In this document: in pieces, positions 36,190 through 49,262 of the stretch | Numbering within the stretch: the stretch's first letter is position 1 | How the letters are laid out: each line of letters begins with the position of its first letter | Assembly: GCF_030028105.1 (NCBI RefSeq) | Contig: NC_092374.1 | Location: forward strand, 46,075,016 to 46,139,015 | Reading direction: 5' to 3' | Source: Mobula birostris | Lineage: Eukaryota | Length of the DNA: 64,000 nucleotides | Translations under genes and position numbers: made by a program | The notes under the pieces: model-generated | Seen by the model: the letters and a program-made list of their open reading frames with translations, nothing else | What the model was told of the DNA's origin: nothing | Database searches by the model: none

Positions 36190-38510
36190 TCCATCTATGA
36201 ATTTAGAAATTAAGGACAGTTAAGGGTAAAGAAAGACATATGAATTAAGTACACAAACAATGGAGGACTACATGATGAAAGAGATTTCAAGGTGGTTAGA
36301 AAGGAAGTCAAATGAAGACTATATAAAAGACAAAAAGAATCCATGAAATTAAATTATCAAGGAATGTAAAGCATAGAAATAAAATATCTTACCATCACGT
36401 CAATAAAGGTTGGAATGGGAATAAGACCATTAAGTGAGTGATGGGCCAATACCACAGGTTAATGATATGGAAATGGAAGAAATATCAAATCATTATTTTG
36501 CTTCAGTATTTACCAGGAAGCTAGAACAGGTGGTCATGCCTGATGAGATGAGTAATGAGATGAGCACATTTTAAAAAGAAAAGTGAGAAATATTAAATAA
36601 ACTAATCAAACTCAGAAAGAATAAAATTCCTGTTCTGTATAGATTGAATTTTAAAGAATCTAGGGAAAAGATTGCAGTGGCATTATTACACATAGTTAAT
36701 AATTCATTAGAAAAGGTTTGATGCCAAAGAAATGGCAGATAGCTGAACTGATATCAATGTCTAAGAAGGGAAATAGAACATTGTCAGCTGAACTTCAGTG
36801 GTAGAAAAGTAATTGAACCAACGAGTGGAAACAGGAATATCTAGAAATATAAAGTAGAAAATGTATAATCATGGGAAGATGTTGTCTGAACAAATTTATT
36901 GACTTTTTTGAAGCGGAAACAAAATAAGTAGAAAGTAGTAATGCAGTATATGAAATTTTATTTACACTTACAAAAGTTCTTTCATAAATTACCTCTCACT
37001 CCAATAAAGAATAAGGTTAAAACATGCAGAGTAAGAGGAAAACAGTGAAGTGCATTGCTATTTGGCTTCCAGACAGAAGATAGACAGTGTGTAGTTGTTC
37101 TCTATGAAGAAAGATAAGTGGTAATAATTCTGAAGGATAATTTCTGGGATGATTTCTGTTTACAATTTACATCAAAGATTTAGACTTTGGAAACAAGAAC
37201 GCTCTAAATCTGCGGATGATAGAAAATTGGAATAATGGAACTAGGCAATAGTGAGGGAACAGCATTAAATTAGAGCTGGATTTGAATAATCAGCGTGGAC
37301 AAGTGAAATCAACACTTAAGTGGAAGGCAATGGACTTTGTTTGAAAGAACAATGAGACTGTTTAATATTTGATATGTACTTAGTGGCATGAAGGAGCAAA
37401 GCAGTCTGAATGATTGTCTCAAGAACAATGATGGGTTGTCCATTGCATCCGATGATAACAGTTAGTCTTATGTAGTTCTTGTTTATAGGATCTGAACTGC
37501 ATGAAGAAACCTGTGTAGGAGAGGTTCTAAAGTAGAAAAGCCATTGCACTGGGGCAATTCCATTCTCTCAAACTCAGAAGTCTGGTTCCAGTGGTATGAG
37601 TAGTCATCACAACTGAGATCTTCCTTGGCTGCAGTCACTTGAAATGCTCTTCGCTCTACACAAAGTATGGCAGTATCACTTTCCTGGCTGTTCAATCTCA
37701 CAATCGGTCTCATCTATCCAATCTGTCGGAGCTGTCTTCGGATTCTTGGAAATGATCTCACCAGGGAATGAGGCCTGCAGGTTACATTCCCCTGGTCTAG
37801 CTTGCCTATTGAAGCTGTGTCCTAGTGTGTGGCTGCTGTCACGTGCAAACAGCTACTTCAAGCCAGAGGTGAGAGTTGTGTGTCTGGTGGAGACCAATGG
37901 TGTGTGAGCTGCCCCAGAATGAACACATTAAGCTCCTTCACCAGAGGTACTATCCCTCCTTGGACAATTACTCTAATTATGAAATGTTGTAGTAGAGGTT
38001 TGAAAGACTATAAAGAAGAAGAAACAAAAGAAAATATTGTAGATTATTTCTAGCAAGTGACAATTGAAAACTATGCTAACCCTGGATCAAACGTTGGAGT
38101 ATTGTGTGTGACAAAGTGTGTACAGAGGAACTGGAGGGTGTAGAGGAGACTAAAAATTTGGTCCAAAATAGATTGGGTCTCTTTTCTCCTGAGATGAAAA
38201 AGCCAGGAGGTGACCTAATTGAGGTTTTTAAAAAGATGAAAAGTTTTGATGGTATAGATACAGAGAGAAGCTTTCCATTCCATGTGCAGCGGAGAGTATC
38301 CAAGGTAAAATGTTTTCATCCAGCGGGTAGCTGAAGTCTTGATCACACCTTACTGAGGGGATGGCAGAGGCAGATATTCTCACAGTAATTAAGAAGCATC
38401 TGGAGGTGGACTTGAATCTCCAAGACATGGTAGGCTAGTGAAATAGTCTTAACATAGATAAATTTTCAATGCATGGTCTTGATGTGATGCACTGAACGGC
38501 TTGGTTCTGT
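36190..38510 (+). mobile_element. Very old CR1 ORF2 remnant interrupted by an unidentified stretch (about 37320-38040)
   Basis: Decayed YFASVFT, W..A....KKG, YIKDLD, ADD and RLGLFS...GDLIEVFK motifs in CR1 order. Confidence 0.7.
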
Positions 38511-38809
38511 GTGGGGTCCTGGGTCCATACTTCTCCAGTTATTTGAATAGTGAACTTCCTTCCATCATAATGACAGAAGTGGATTAGAAAGGTTTCGAGG
38601 TACATGGGACAAATGCAGGCAATGGGATGACCTTAAGTGAGAGCCATGTTCAGCATGGACCAGTTGGGCTGAAGCACCTGGTCTCTGCACTGTTTAATAT
38701 AACCCTATGAATCTAAGTGGTGATGTTTGTTGTTTATTGCATGAAATTAAATTCCATTCAGAATTTGTCATCAATTTAATCAGACCATGTCTGCACACAG
38801 CTGTAAACT

Positions 38810-39125
38810 ACAGATAAAGATGAACTTTGTTTATCACATGTACATCAAAATATGCAGTAAAATACGCTATTTCTGGCAAATCAAATCATTGATGATTGTG
38901 CTGAGGGCAACCCACAATTTTTGCCACGGTTCTGGCACCAACACAGTATGCCCACACCTTATTACCCCTAACCCTAATTGTACAGCATTGGAATGTGGGA
39001 GGAAACTGGAGCATCTGGGGGAAACCTGCATAGTTATGGGAGAATGTACAAACTCCTTACAGATAGCAATGGGAATCAAACCCTGATCTGTGATCACTGG
39101 CGTTTTGTGCTAACCACTATGCTAG
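38810..39125 (-). mobile_element. V-SINE (HE1-like) remnant; a second fragment lies at about 46440-46580
   Basis: TGTGGGAGGAAACTGGAGCA..GGGGGAAACC...GGGAGAATGTACAAACTCC V-domain signature. Confidence 0.65.
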
Positions 39126-39651
39126 TGCTGATAAGTCACTAGCACAAGCAAGTGAATCTATGCATCAGCCTTCAAATGCAGTCATATTCCCATCTGATAG
39201 GGGGTTTCCATTGATCAGAAACCTAGCTGGACTAGCCATTTATAACCTATAGATACAAGAGAAGATCAGGGACAGGGTGTCCAGTGGTAGAGGTCATCTC
39301 CTGATCTCAAGGTTTTTCAACATCAATGATGCACAAGTTGGGAGGGAGGTGGACCTTCCACTTACCTGACTGTGTATTGCTCCAACGATGTTCAAGAAGC
39401 TCAGCATAAGTAAATGCAGATGTAAATCAGCCCGCTGTATTTTTGCCCCATCCACCACATTAAAATTTTATTCTCACCACCAGCTGCAATTAGCAGCAGC
39501 AATCTGTGCCACCTGCACTAAACACTGCAATTACTCCCCCAGGCTACTCTGACAGCACCTTCCAAATGGACAACCTCTGCCGCCAAAGGTTTCTGTCTCA
39601 AAAGAATTGTACTTTCCAGTTCCTACCCATCACCATCCCAACTGAGAAATG

Positions 39652-40186
39652 CACTCAGTGCCCACTTTATTAGGAACACAAGTACACCTGCTCGTTAATG
39701 TAATTATCTAAACACCCAATCATGTGGCAGCAACTCAAAGCATTAAAAGCATACAGACGTGGTCAAGAGGTCCAGTTCTTGCTCAGCCCAAACACCAGAA
39801 TGAGGAAGAAATGTGATATAAATGACTCTGACTGTGGAATGATTGTTGGTGACAGACAGGGCGGTTTGAGTATCTCATAAAAGCTGATCTTCTGGGATTC
39901 TTACGCATAACAGCCTCCTGAGTTGGTGTGAAAAACAAAGAAAATATCCAATTCTGTGGGTGAAAATGTTTTGTTAATGAGAGAGGTCAGAGTAGAATAG
40001 CCAGACTGGTTCAAGCTGACAGGAAGGTGACAATAACTCAAATAACCATGCATTACAACAGTAGTGTGCAGAAGAACATCTCTGAATACACATCTCAAAC
40101 CTTGAAGCCGGCAAGTTGCAGCAGCAGAAGACCATGAATATACACTCAACAGTCACTTTATTAGATACAGGAGGTACCACTGAGTG
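39652..40186 (+). mobile_element. Non-autonomous Tc1/mariner element
   Basis: CACTCAGTG...CACTGAGTG termini, TA at the right end; decayed HTH GMIVG.R.GGLSIS..ADLLGF. Confidence 0.85.
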
Positions 40187-40642
40187 TACTGTATATTGCT
40201 AGTCCTTCATTGGTGTTACTTATAAATCATTGAACTTCCTCCCCAACTGCAGCTGTTGGACAAGGCAGCTCACCATCACCTTCTCAAGGATAAATAAGGA
40301 CAGACAATACATTTGTCCACGCCAGTGATGCCCAATTCATGAAAAATACTTCAGTAAAATGCACCAAATTTTGAACACTGGAATATTGAAAAAGTAACAT
40401 TGAGATGCACATAATTTTTTCAAGGTGAGTCTATTTGATTATTTATATATAAATATTCAATATTTTGAGAAGTTTCAATTTCTCTTTGTTTTTGCTGGAG
40501 TTGAACAAACATAAAAGTGAAAAATTAATTAGATAATATCGATTACAAATTCTGACTCAGTTTAAATTCAAAGGGAATGTCAATGTGAAACCAATTTTTT
40601 TATTGAAATAACATTTTCAGAGTAGACAGGTATAATGAGTTA

Positions 40643-41132
40643 ATGCTTGTTTGCCTTTAAACTGCTCTGGAATTTTTGCATCTTCTACGTAAGTGTACTT
40701 AATCGATACTACCTTTGATTTTACGGGTTCAAGACTTAGTCCAAAGATATAATCTGAGCTGACACTTCAGTGCGATGGCTAAATCTCCTCTCAGTGGATG
40801 AAAGAAATCTCAATTCTCTCTTTAAAGAGGAGTAGTGATATTCTACTGGTGCTAATACTTAACCCTCAATAAACACCCCTCATCATTAACTTAGTGCTGT
40901 TTGTGCAACCTTGCCATGCACAGAAATTGTTGCCATGATTCCTGAGTTATAAAAGTGACCATAGATCAGAAAGTAATGCATAGGCAAGAAGTGCGTTGGA
41001 ACATATTGAGGTCTTAAGATACATTATGTTTGCAAAAAGCCAAATCATTCTTAAACTTGATTTTCTAAATGCTGTGAAGTGGGGAATGTGAAAATATGGT
41101 TAGTGTATTATCATTGCTACCTCATCACAGTG
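40643..41132 (+). pseudogene. Leader exon (40643-40688) and V 3' end with heptamer (41126-41132), separated by a SINE
   Basis: 46-nt hydrophobic MLVCL*TALEFLHLL with C|GTAAGT donor; ENMV/VYY.C then CACAGTGAT. Confidence 0.45.
40720..41035 (+). mobile_element. Ancient Deu-domain SINE (SacSINE/AmnSINE-like) remnant
   Basis: GCTGTTTGTG..CTTG..TGCACA.AAATTG.TGCC Deu-like core and L2-like 3' tail, recognised from memory of the consensus. Confidence 0.55.
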
Positions 41133-41169
41133 ATTTTAATGAAGTGACAAAGTCAGACTGGGTACTGCA

Positions 41170-41862
41170 TGTAGCCCCCCCGGCCTCCCTCAGGGTCGCT
41201 CAGCTCGCTGTTGTCTAGGGAAACAGCCTCGGCCCCGCCAAACTGGATAATTCGTTTGTGTGCATGTTGTGTGATGTACCCCACGCCGCCCAAATAACAG
41301 ACAATACACCAGATGCAATTAAATGATTTACAGTTTATAGATATTACTGGAACTATATAATTAAGAGAGAATAAAATATAAAAGTAAAATAAAAAGTGCC
41401 ACACTTATCAAAGTTCAATCTCTTCGTGCGCAAAACCGTTGGAGCTCAAGGACCTTCTTCTTCACCCTGCGACCCCTTGGACCACCTCGACCGGCCGCCT
41501 GGGACCAACAACGGTGGTCGACCAGATGCTCCACACGAGTCCGTCTCCGTCTCCTCGCCAAACGCCCTCCTCGGGGTCCGACCCCGTTAGCGGACATCAC
41601 AGCACATAGTCCATCTTCTGTCTCGCTCTCCCGCCTTCTGCCCCAAAACCCCGCGCATTCAGTATCTTCAAATACACCAAAACCATAACAACTATCCCAA
41701 TTGGTTAATAACACTCTCTTATCACACTCTAAAGCAAAACAAGCTGCTAGCACAAACTTTCTCAGCGTTTAACACAACAAAGCCGCATTCCCCAGATTAG
41801 CACAACAAAGATGCCATTTTAATTAGCCTCCGCAGTAATATAAAAGTTGAAACCCCCTTACA
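41170..41862 (-). mobile_element. Solo LTR
   Basis: TGTA...TACA ends, 4-bp TSD TGCA, CpG-rich (young); strand tentative. Confidence 0.9.
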
Positions 41863-43004
41863 TGCATTTTTGTCACATAATTCAGCTGTCTTAAAGAACA
41901 AAGCATAGAAACAGTCTTGAAAACAACTGAATGCTGGCAGCAGCATTAGAGATTGGATGTACTGAAACATCTCTCGATATTTTCAAGTGAACTTGATGCA
42001 ATTATAAATGAAGAACAATATAATATTGGCTGCTGATTTGCTATCATACTCATAACTGGAAACTATACCAAGTACTGTTATGGTCGGAATTTGATTAGAT
42101 TTACCTCTCCATTTACTGTACCTCTGTCTTTATTTTTATACTAACATAGAAAAGCCCTAAGTGATACCATGGTAAAAATCCAGAAGCATTGAAAAAGCAA
42201 CAGTTAGAAATCTGTGTTTTCACACACATACTACCACTATATTAATTTTATTTAAAAGGACTTCTGTTTCCTGCATGTTTCTGTCACTTAGCCTTGGCAA
42301 CTAGATTTTCCGACCAAAGAGAAATGGGAAAATAATGTGTCATGATTGACCTAACTTGTCTTTGTAATTGCAGCTAGACAGCACATTTTCATGAGTCTCA
42401 CTATAAATGCAGCACAGAAGGTGGCCCTAAGAATTTTGATGCACTTTATTGTTAGGATAAGTGTTGATCTGACATGAAATTATTAATATAATAACAGCAA
42501 AAAATTGTCTGTGGAAGAGAATAGTTGCTTAGCTGGGGTTTAAACAAAGCCTCACTAGATTTAATTCCAGGATGGTAAGTCTGTTCAATGAAAAGGAATT
42601 GAAAGACTGAACTTATATTTTCCGAAGTATGAAACCATATGAGGTGATTTAAGTGAAATGTATCATGGGAATTGGAGAAGATGGGTGCTGAGAGTTTTTG
42701 TTTAAGAAGAGTACTGAGAGATCATCGGCCCATGGCCTGGCAGGTCCAGGTGCGGGGATTAACATTTCATATAAATTGATGGGCATTTAGAATGAAAGGG
42801 AAGTTTTTATTTCCTTTCATTTGGAAATCCATGGATGCCAGCTCAATATATTCAAGAGAGAGGCCATTGGGCACTACAGGAATCACAGGTAGGGTTGGAA
42901 ACAGAAATTAATGAAGAAATACAACCACAAATTTCTTAAGTAGTGGAAGAATCTGCGCCACCCTCCACCCACCTCCACGTTCATACTTGCTTTGTGTTTA
43001 AGTG

Positions 43005-43192
43005 CATTGGGAAGATTCATGCTGATATCATCTGCACTTGTTCTGATGCATTATTAATGGATCAAGTCAGACTCAGGGGTAAAGGACGTTATTTGGAATA
43101 GCAATGAAACCAAATTCAATATAGGCTCTGCATCCATTAGTTGGCTTGTAGCTTCTGGATAATGAGGCCATATCAAGTAGTATTACTGCTAT
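43005..43192 (+). pseudogene. Lambda/VpreB-like V-domain 3' half
   Basis: One frame LVLMHY*WIKSDSGVKD...NSNE...NIG...IS; shifted GL*LLDNEA; TAT TAC TGC (YYC) at 43181-43189. Confidence 0.5.
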
Positions 43193-43729
43193 TTACTAAC
43201 CAAAAAATGTGATTGGAATCTCAGATTCTATGTGAAGTTCACTTGTGTCTTTTCTCCTTCATTCTTTGTTAGATGATAATATGGAGATCCTCCAATGTAT
43301 TACCATGGTCTTTCACCAGGATGAATGCTTGCCCATAGTTTCTCAGTTTATCTGTATTTCATTTGTTAATGTCACTCACTCTGCATTTGCTTTAAGAACT
43401 GATGCTATTAACATAAAATGTGGAAGGTTTTGGATAACACAAAACCTGATAAATCAGTGCTCCATCAGATATCTTCATTAACTATTGATACTGAAGATAT
43501 TGTTCAGTTAAGTGACAATGAGGGTGATCAGTAATGTTCGTGTAGGCTCTAATTTAAGCAAGTTGACAAAATGAAATATCTCGAGGAGCCCTGTTGCAGA
43601 TTACAAAGTAGTAAAATTTACAAGTGTTGACATCAATCAATGAAGGTGGCTGCAAAGATCTGTAATGGATACATTTGACTTATCCTTAATGGAAGCAAAT
43701 GCTTGCAAGGCATCAATCTTCCCTGTGTG

Positions 43730-44200
43730 CTAAAGTTTCCTCATAACCACGACAGCAATGGACGAAGGCTGATGCGGTCCTGAGCCCAATTAGTATGAGG
43801 AACCATATCCTGAAATAGTGGATGGCAAGTAAGGTTTCCATACATTTCCAAATGTGTCACTGCCAACAGGTCAATCACCTCCCTCAGGAGAGACTCTCTA
43901 TTGGTTATCTCCAGACTTTTTGTGACCTTTATGAACACATCTCCACAGATAACGTCAATATTTCTAGCTGTGTCCAAATGTGACATCTATCCTAGTCAAA
44001 AGGCTGAAGCTTTTGGTTATATGTCTTCCCTTTGGTGAGTCTCCAGGACTGGGTGTAGATTCTAGGCATTGAGAGTCTTCAAGAGAATCTGTGAAAAATC
44101 AGGTTATACTCAACAATATCACAATGCCCCTTTTACTTTTTTGTCTGCATCTCCTGTTAGCTAGATTTACCTGGATAGAAATGTTAAGAACAATATTCAT
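43730..44200 (-). pseudogene. Leader?, V and TM(Arg) remnant, NKp30-like layout
   Basis: CAG|GTAAAT donor at 44171, 82-nt intron, exon from 44088 SLEDSQ...SPGDS...FSL..IDV..DTA; exon from 43809 IWFLILIGLRTASAFV/IAVVVMRKL*. Confidence 0.4.
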
Positions 44201-44366
44201 AACAAAGTCTGCTGACTGTGGGGTCATGTCTTTGAGTCAGACGGACAATATCGTCCCCAACCAAGTTGAAGTAACAGTTTATTTTCATCTGACTGTACGT
44301 ATATCCAACCAATTGAAACAACATCCAGGCTACTAGTTTGAAGGTAACTGCTGGAAGTCCAAAGCA

Positions 44367-44485
44367 GCACACATAAAATGCTGGAGGAACTCAGCAAATC
44401 GGGCAGCATCTATGGAAAACATCGACTGTTTATTCATTTGCATAGATGCTGCCTGACCTGCTGAGTTCCTCCAGCATTTTGTGTG
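44367..44485. repeat. Penelope pLTR-derived inverted repeat (hairpin)
   Basis: AAAATGCTGGAGGAACTCAGCA..GGCAGCATCTATG pairs with CATAGATGCTGCC..TGCTGAGTTCCTCCAGCATTTT. Confidence 0.85.
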
Positions 44486-46829
44486 ACCTGCTTTAGTTGC
44501 CTGGTTAACACAGAACTGCAACAAAATTATAATTTCATAGTTAATGTGTTGGGGGAGAGGTTTTTGAATCTCCCTCTGGCTGGAAATGTGCTTAGGTCAG
44601 GAAGAAAGGTCTTTCCCCTGCATTTTACTCAAATGATACAGATAATGGTAAATAACCTTTCAATGCATAACTGCATTGATGCACAGATTTTTCCGGATAA
44701 TAAAAGGTTTCAGTGTATTTTATGGGATATTTGAGTCAAGTAGAGATGAGGCACAAAGTACATAATAGAACACGTGATGGAGTGTGCTCTCATTTTATAT
44801 GAAGTGACAGTGCATTGCTCTGCACAGTATTCAGAATACATTCCATGTACTTGACAATTATCCCACTAAAAATAAATATCCATCAAATTGTAGGTTGTCT
44901 AAAAGGGGGGAGGGGAATGCTTTCATACTGTAGTACTTTACATTTTGGTTACCTAGAATGAGAGCACTTGAGGGATTTGTATGAAATCCAGAAGTGAAAT
45001 AATGCAGTTCACTGACATAATCTATTCAGCAGAGGAAAAGTTCAGGCACTTAGGAATCTGAGTTGCTTGTCAAACAGCTTCTTGGTTTTGATGACACACC
45101 AGCATCAAATTGACAGTCTGTTTTGTGTTGACCTCTGTGAACCTCACTAATCCCTACTTCATTAGCTGTGGGTACCAGCATTGAGACAACTCTTCAGTTC
45201 TATCACTCCAGTGCAGGTCCTATTAATTCAAATGAAGGTTCACTTTAAGCTTTAGAGTGCCACAGGCATTTTGCAGTTTATATTCCTTGCTTTCTTAGTA
45301 ACATGTTTCCTTAAAAACGATCTGCTTGCCTGAAGAGTTTGAAAATTGATATCAGTTCTTAAACCTTACAATAGATTTTCTAATTTCAATATTTTCACAT
45401 CATTTTTTGGGGAATGGCAAACACTCAAATCTTAAGGGTGCAGTACTAGTGAAAACCAAGCCATTTGATTAATATTTTAGACTTATTTAGTAAAATATTT
45501 AACTATATTATCAAATTAAGTAACAGAAAAATAAGCAAACATAATTTCCTATTACACCTTAATCACATTATCCATAGGAATTCTAAATATCAACAGTCTT
45601 TAAATCATATACCATCAAAACTTCTGTGTAAATTAACTGGTGGATGTTCATGAAGTACCCTAAAGAAGCAAAGCAATTGCTATTAACTGGTATGACTTAC
45701 AAAATACTACATTTGTTGAGTAAAATTAAGCTTAGTAGAATTCAACATATATTTTTCAAAAAAACCCTGTTATTTGTAACTTCATGTTTGTTCTCATTTT
45801 AATCAGAAGAATCAGAATCAGACTTATGTGACATGAAATTTGTTGAAGCTGCTGCAGCAGCAGTACAATGCAAAGACAAATAATTATAATAAATTACAAA
45901 AATAAGTAAAAAGTGATTCCTAGACCATTACTTGACTTAATTTTACTCAAATTTCTGTGAAGCCACAGAATTATAAAACATTACACAAGGTGTTGTTATA
46001 GGAATAAATAGGGTTTCAAAAATTAAATTAATTGTTTTATTATTCATTCAGTTGTAGTTTAGGGAGTGTTAAATATATTTTAAATCCAGGAAAGATAGTT
46101 CCTTGGAATTGATTGCCCAAATGTGAGGAGCATCCAGACAACAGTATGGGTGACACATTGTTTTCTGTAGTTTGCCAACATTGATATAATGAACTAGTTG
46201 CACATTTTAAAATAAATTTTCTATTTATATAATAATGTTCTATCCATCCTTAGATTTTTCTTTACAAACTGATTTGAATATAGAGCCATACAACATGGGA
46301 AAAGGCTCTTCAAGTCCACACCAGTTATCAACCACTCATTCACATAAATCCTATTTTATTCTCTCCTTATTCCCATCAACTGCCCCTCACCCACCCAGAA
46401 TCTACCGCTCTCCTACACAATAGAGGCAATTTGTAGCTACTAACTAACCAAATTACCTGCACATTTTTGGGATGTGGGAGGAAACTGGAACACTTCAGGG
46501 AAAAATGAAGTCAGAGAGAAAACATGCAAACTCCAAACAAACAGAACAAGAGATCAGGATTGAACCTGTCGTGCTACTGTGCCACCTTATTTGGAATTCA
46601 GCCTATTTTCAGATCAAAATATTCTTCTTCAACTGACCAAAAAATATACTTGAGTGTATTTGGTAATTCACCATGTGACTTTCACCCCAACTCAAGGGAA
46701 GCAGCTTCCTTGAGTAACCTGTTTTCCCCAGTTGCTTATGCATGATCCAGGATAGATCTGAAACATAATCTCTTTCTGGCCCTCTCTCTTTCCACAGGTG
46801 CTGCCTGACCAGCTGATATTTCCTACAAT

Positions 46830-49262
46830 TACATAGGTGCTGTAAAGGTATTGATTGATAGGCAGCTCTGCCTGAAGAAGGCAACATCCATCACATATCC
46901 CCACCATCCAAGCCATGCTATCTTCTTCCAGTTATCAACAGGCAAGAGGTACAGAAGTCTAAATTACCATACCACTGGGACAGAGAACAGCTACTTCCTG
47001 CCAACCATTCAGTTCCTGAACCAAACAGAACTAATCTAATCTTTGCAGTAGAACAATATGACTTCTTGAAACACCTTGCAATAAAACAGACTTTTTTTTT
47101 GTTCTTTCCTGTAATAGTGTATAACTTATTCTAAATTTATATTTTCTTGTAAATACTATTTTTCTGATGCTATGTGTCAGTGAAGTTGCCGCAAACAGGT
47201 TTTACATTGCACCTGTACAAACTTCCATGAAAATAAGCTCAATAGTGTCAATTTGTGTTCTTAATATGAAGGAAACACTGAATATTTTTTAGAGTTTCCT
47301 TGATACATAGAAGCTCATAACAGAACTGAAAGACTGCTGTGTGTTTTGGCTCACCAAAATCTGGCTTACACCTGCTTCACCTGACTGCCATTCAACCTAA
47401 GGGCTTCTCAATTCACCAAATGGAACATATGACATTCTCAGGCTAAGTTAGAAAAGGAAGAGTCTGCTTATTAACCAATAATTCATGGTGTTCACACCGA
47501 TGGTTCTGGCGAGCTGCTGTACTCCCAGTTTGGAATATCTAATAGTGAAGGTCACCCATATTACCTGCCACTGGAATTCTCTTCAGCTATATATAGCTCA
47601 CCTCGGAATTGTATTGTAAAGGCTCCACAGAAGAGAGGCTAGTTTCCATGATGTGCTGAGCCGTGTCCACAACCCTTTGCAGTTTCTTTTGGTCGCGTGC
47701 AGAGCAATTGTGAAGCCAGCATTCAATGAAATAAACATTACGGTCAACAGTCTTGAAACAGGATACCCTGATTTCCTCTTCATCGTTGCTGGTGACTTCA
47801 GATAGACTACTTTAAGAAAATGAGCTATTGCTCCTCTAACCTGTGTATGGCCTCATCTTGGCAGCAGAATGGGAATGGAAAGTTAAATTACGGTGAGTTT
47901 CCAATTGGAGATTCAACTGGGCGAAAGTGCTTGACAAAGTGATCACCCAATTTCCATCAGGCTTAGCAGTGTAGAGAAAGCTACACCAGGAGCATCAGAT
48001 GTAAAAGATATCCCTGACAGACTTGCAGGTAAAGTATGAAGGACTATTAGGGCCTGAATTTTGGTGACGGGGAGATGTAAGGGCAGATGTAGTACTTATA
48101 CAATTGCAGGGATAAGGTCAGGGCAGAGAACAGTGGGGATACTATCTGACTTGCTAAGTTCCTCCACCATTTTCTGTGTGCTGCTCAAGAATTCCAGCAT
48201 CTGCAGAATCTCTTGAGTTTGTGATTTGTATTTCTATCTGCACTTGGATTCTTGATTTTTGGACCAATAGTCTGCAATCCATAAGGATAGGATACAGTAC
48301 CTCCACTGCTATTATTGTCTACAGTGGTTCTTGACAAGGCTGTATCCTCAGCCCCTTACTCTAATCCCTGTGTGGCCAACTCTGCAGTAACTCCTTCGAC
48401 AAATTTTCAAATGAGTGGGCTGTATCTCAAGCAATGATCAGTCAGAGTACGGGAAGGAGATAGAGATCTTATGAACATGGTGTCATGACAACAACCTTTC
48501 CTTCAATGTCACCAAAGCAAAAGAGCTGGTCATTGACTTCCAGAAAGAGGGTGGTACATGCTCCTGTTTTATGTCAACATTGCTGAGTTCAAGGCGTGTG
48601 AGAGCTTTAAAATCCTCAGAGTGAACATCGACAATCACTTTTTCTAGCTTAACTATGTAGATGTGATGGCCAAGAAAGCTCCTGAACTCCTCTACCTCCT
48701 CTAATTTGGCATGTTCCTATTTTTATCAATGCACCAAAGAAAGCATCTTTTCTGGATTTATTATGTCTTGATTTGACAATTGCTCTGCATGTGACCAAAA
48801 GAAACTGCAAAGGATTGTGGACACAGCTCAGCACATCATGGAAACCAGCCTCTCTTCTGTGGAGCCTGTATACTTCTCACTGCCTTGGTAAAGAAGAAAC
48901 ATGATCAAAGACTCACTCACCCCAGACATTTTTCCTTCTCCCCTCTCCCACTGGGAGGACAGAAAATATAGTACATACAACGAAGCCCAAGGACAGCTCC
49001 TAACCTGCTGTTATAGAGCTATTAAATGGTTTCCTCATGCAATAAGATGGACTATTGATCTCATAGTCTACTTTGTTATGATCTTCTACCTTATAGTCTA
49101 CCTGAACTGCAATTGTACTGCAGCTGCTACACTTTGTTCTACATTCTGTTATTGTTTTACCTTGAACTACCTCGATCAACTCGTACTACCTGAATTCATT
49201 AGTATGAACAGCATGCAGGACAATCTTTTCAGTGTACATCAATATGCCAATCCCAATTTCAA
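46830..49262. mobile_element. Cluster of LINE and Penelope fragments
   Basis: CLKKATSI...HPSHAIF..L.TGKRYRSL (46851); PLE piece 47820-48230; LINE RT 48240-49260. Confidence 0.75.

Noticed and set aside
37320-38040. Possible host exons or novel insert
   Set aside because: Sits inside an old CR1, so probably another repeat (possibly a solo LTR); no termini or coding signal could be supported.
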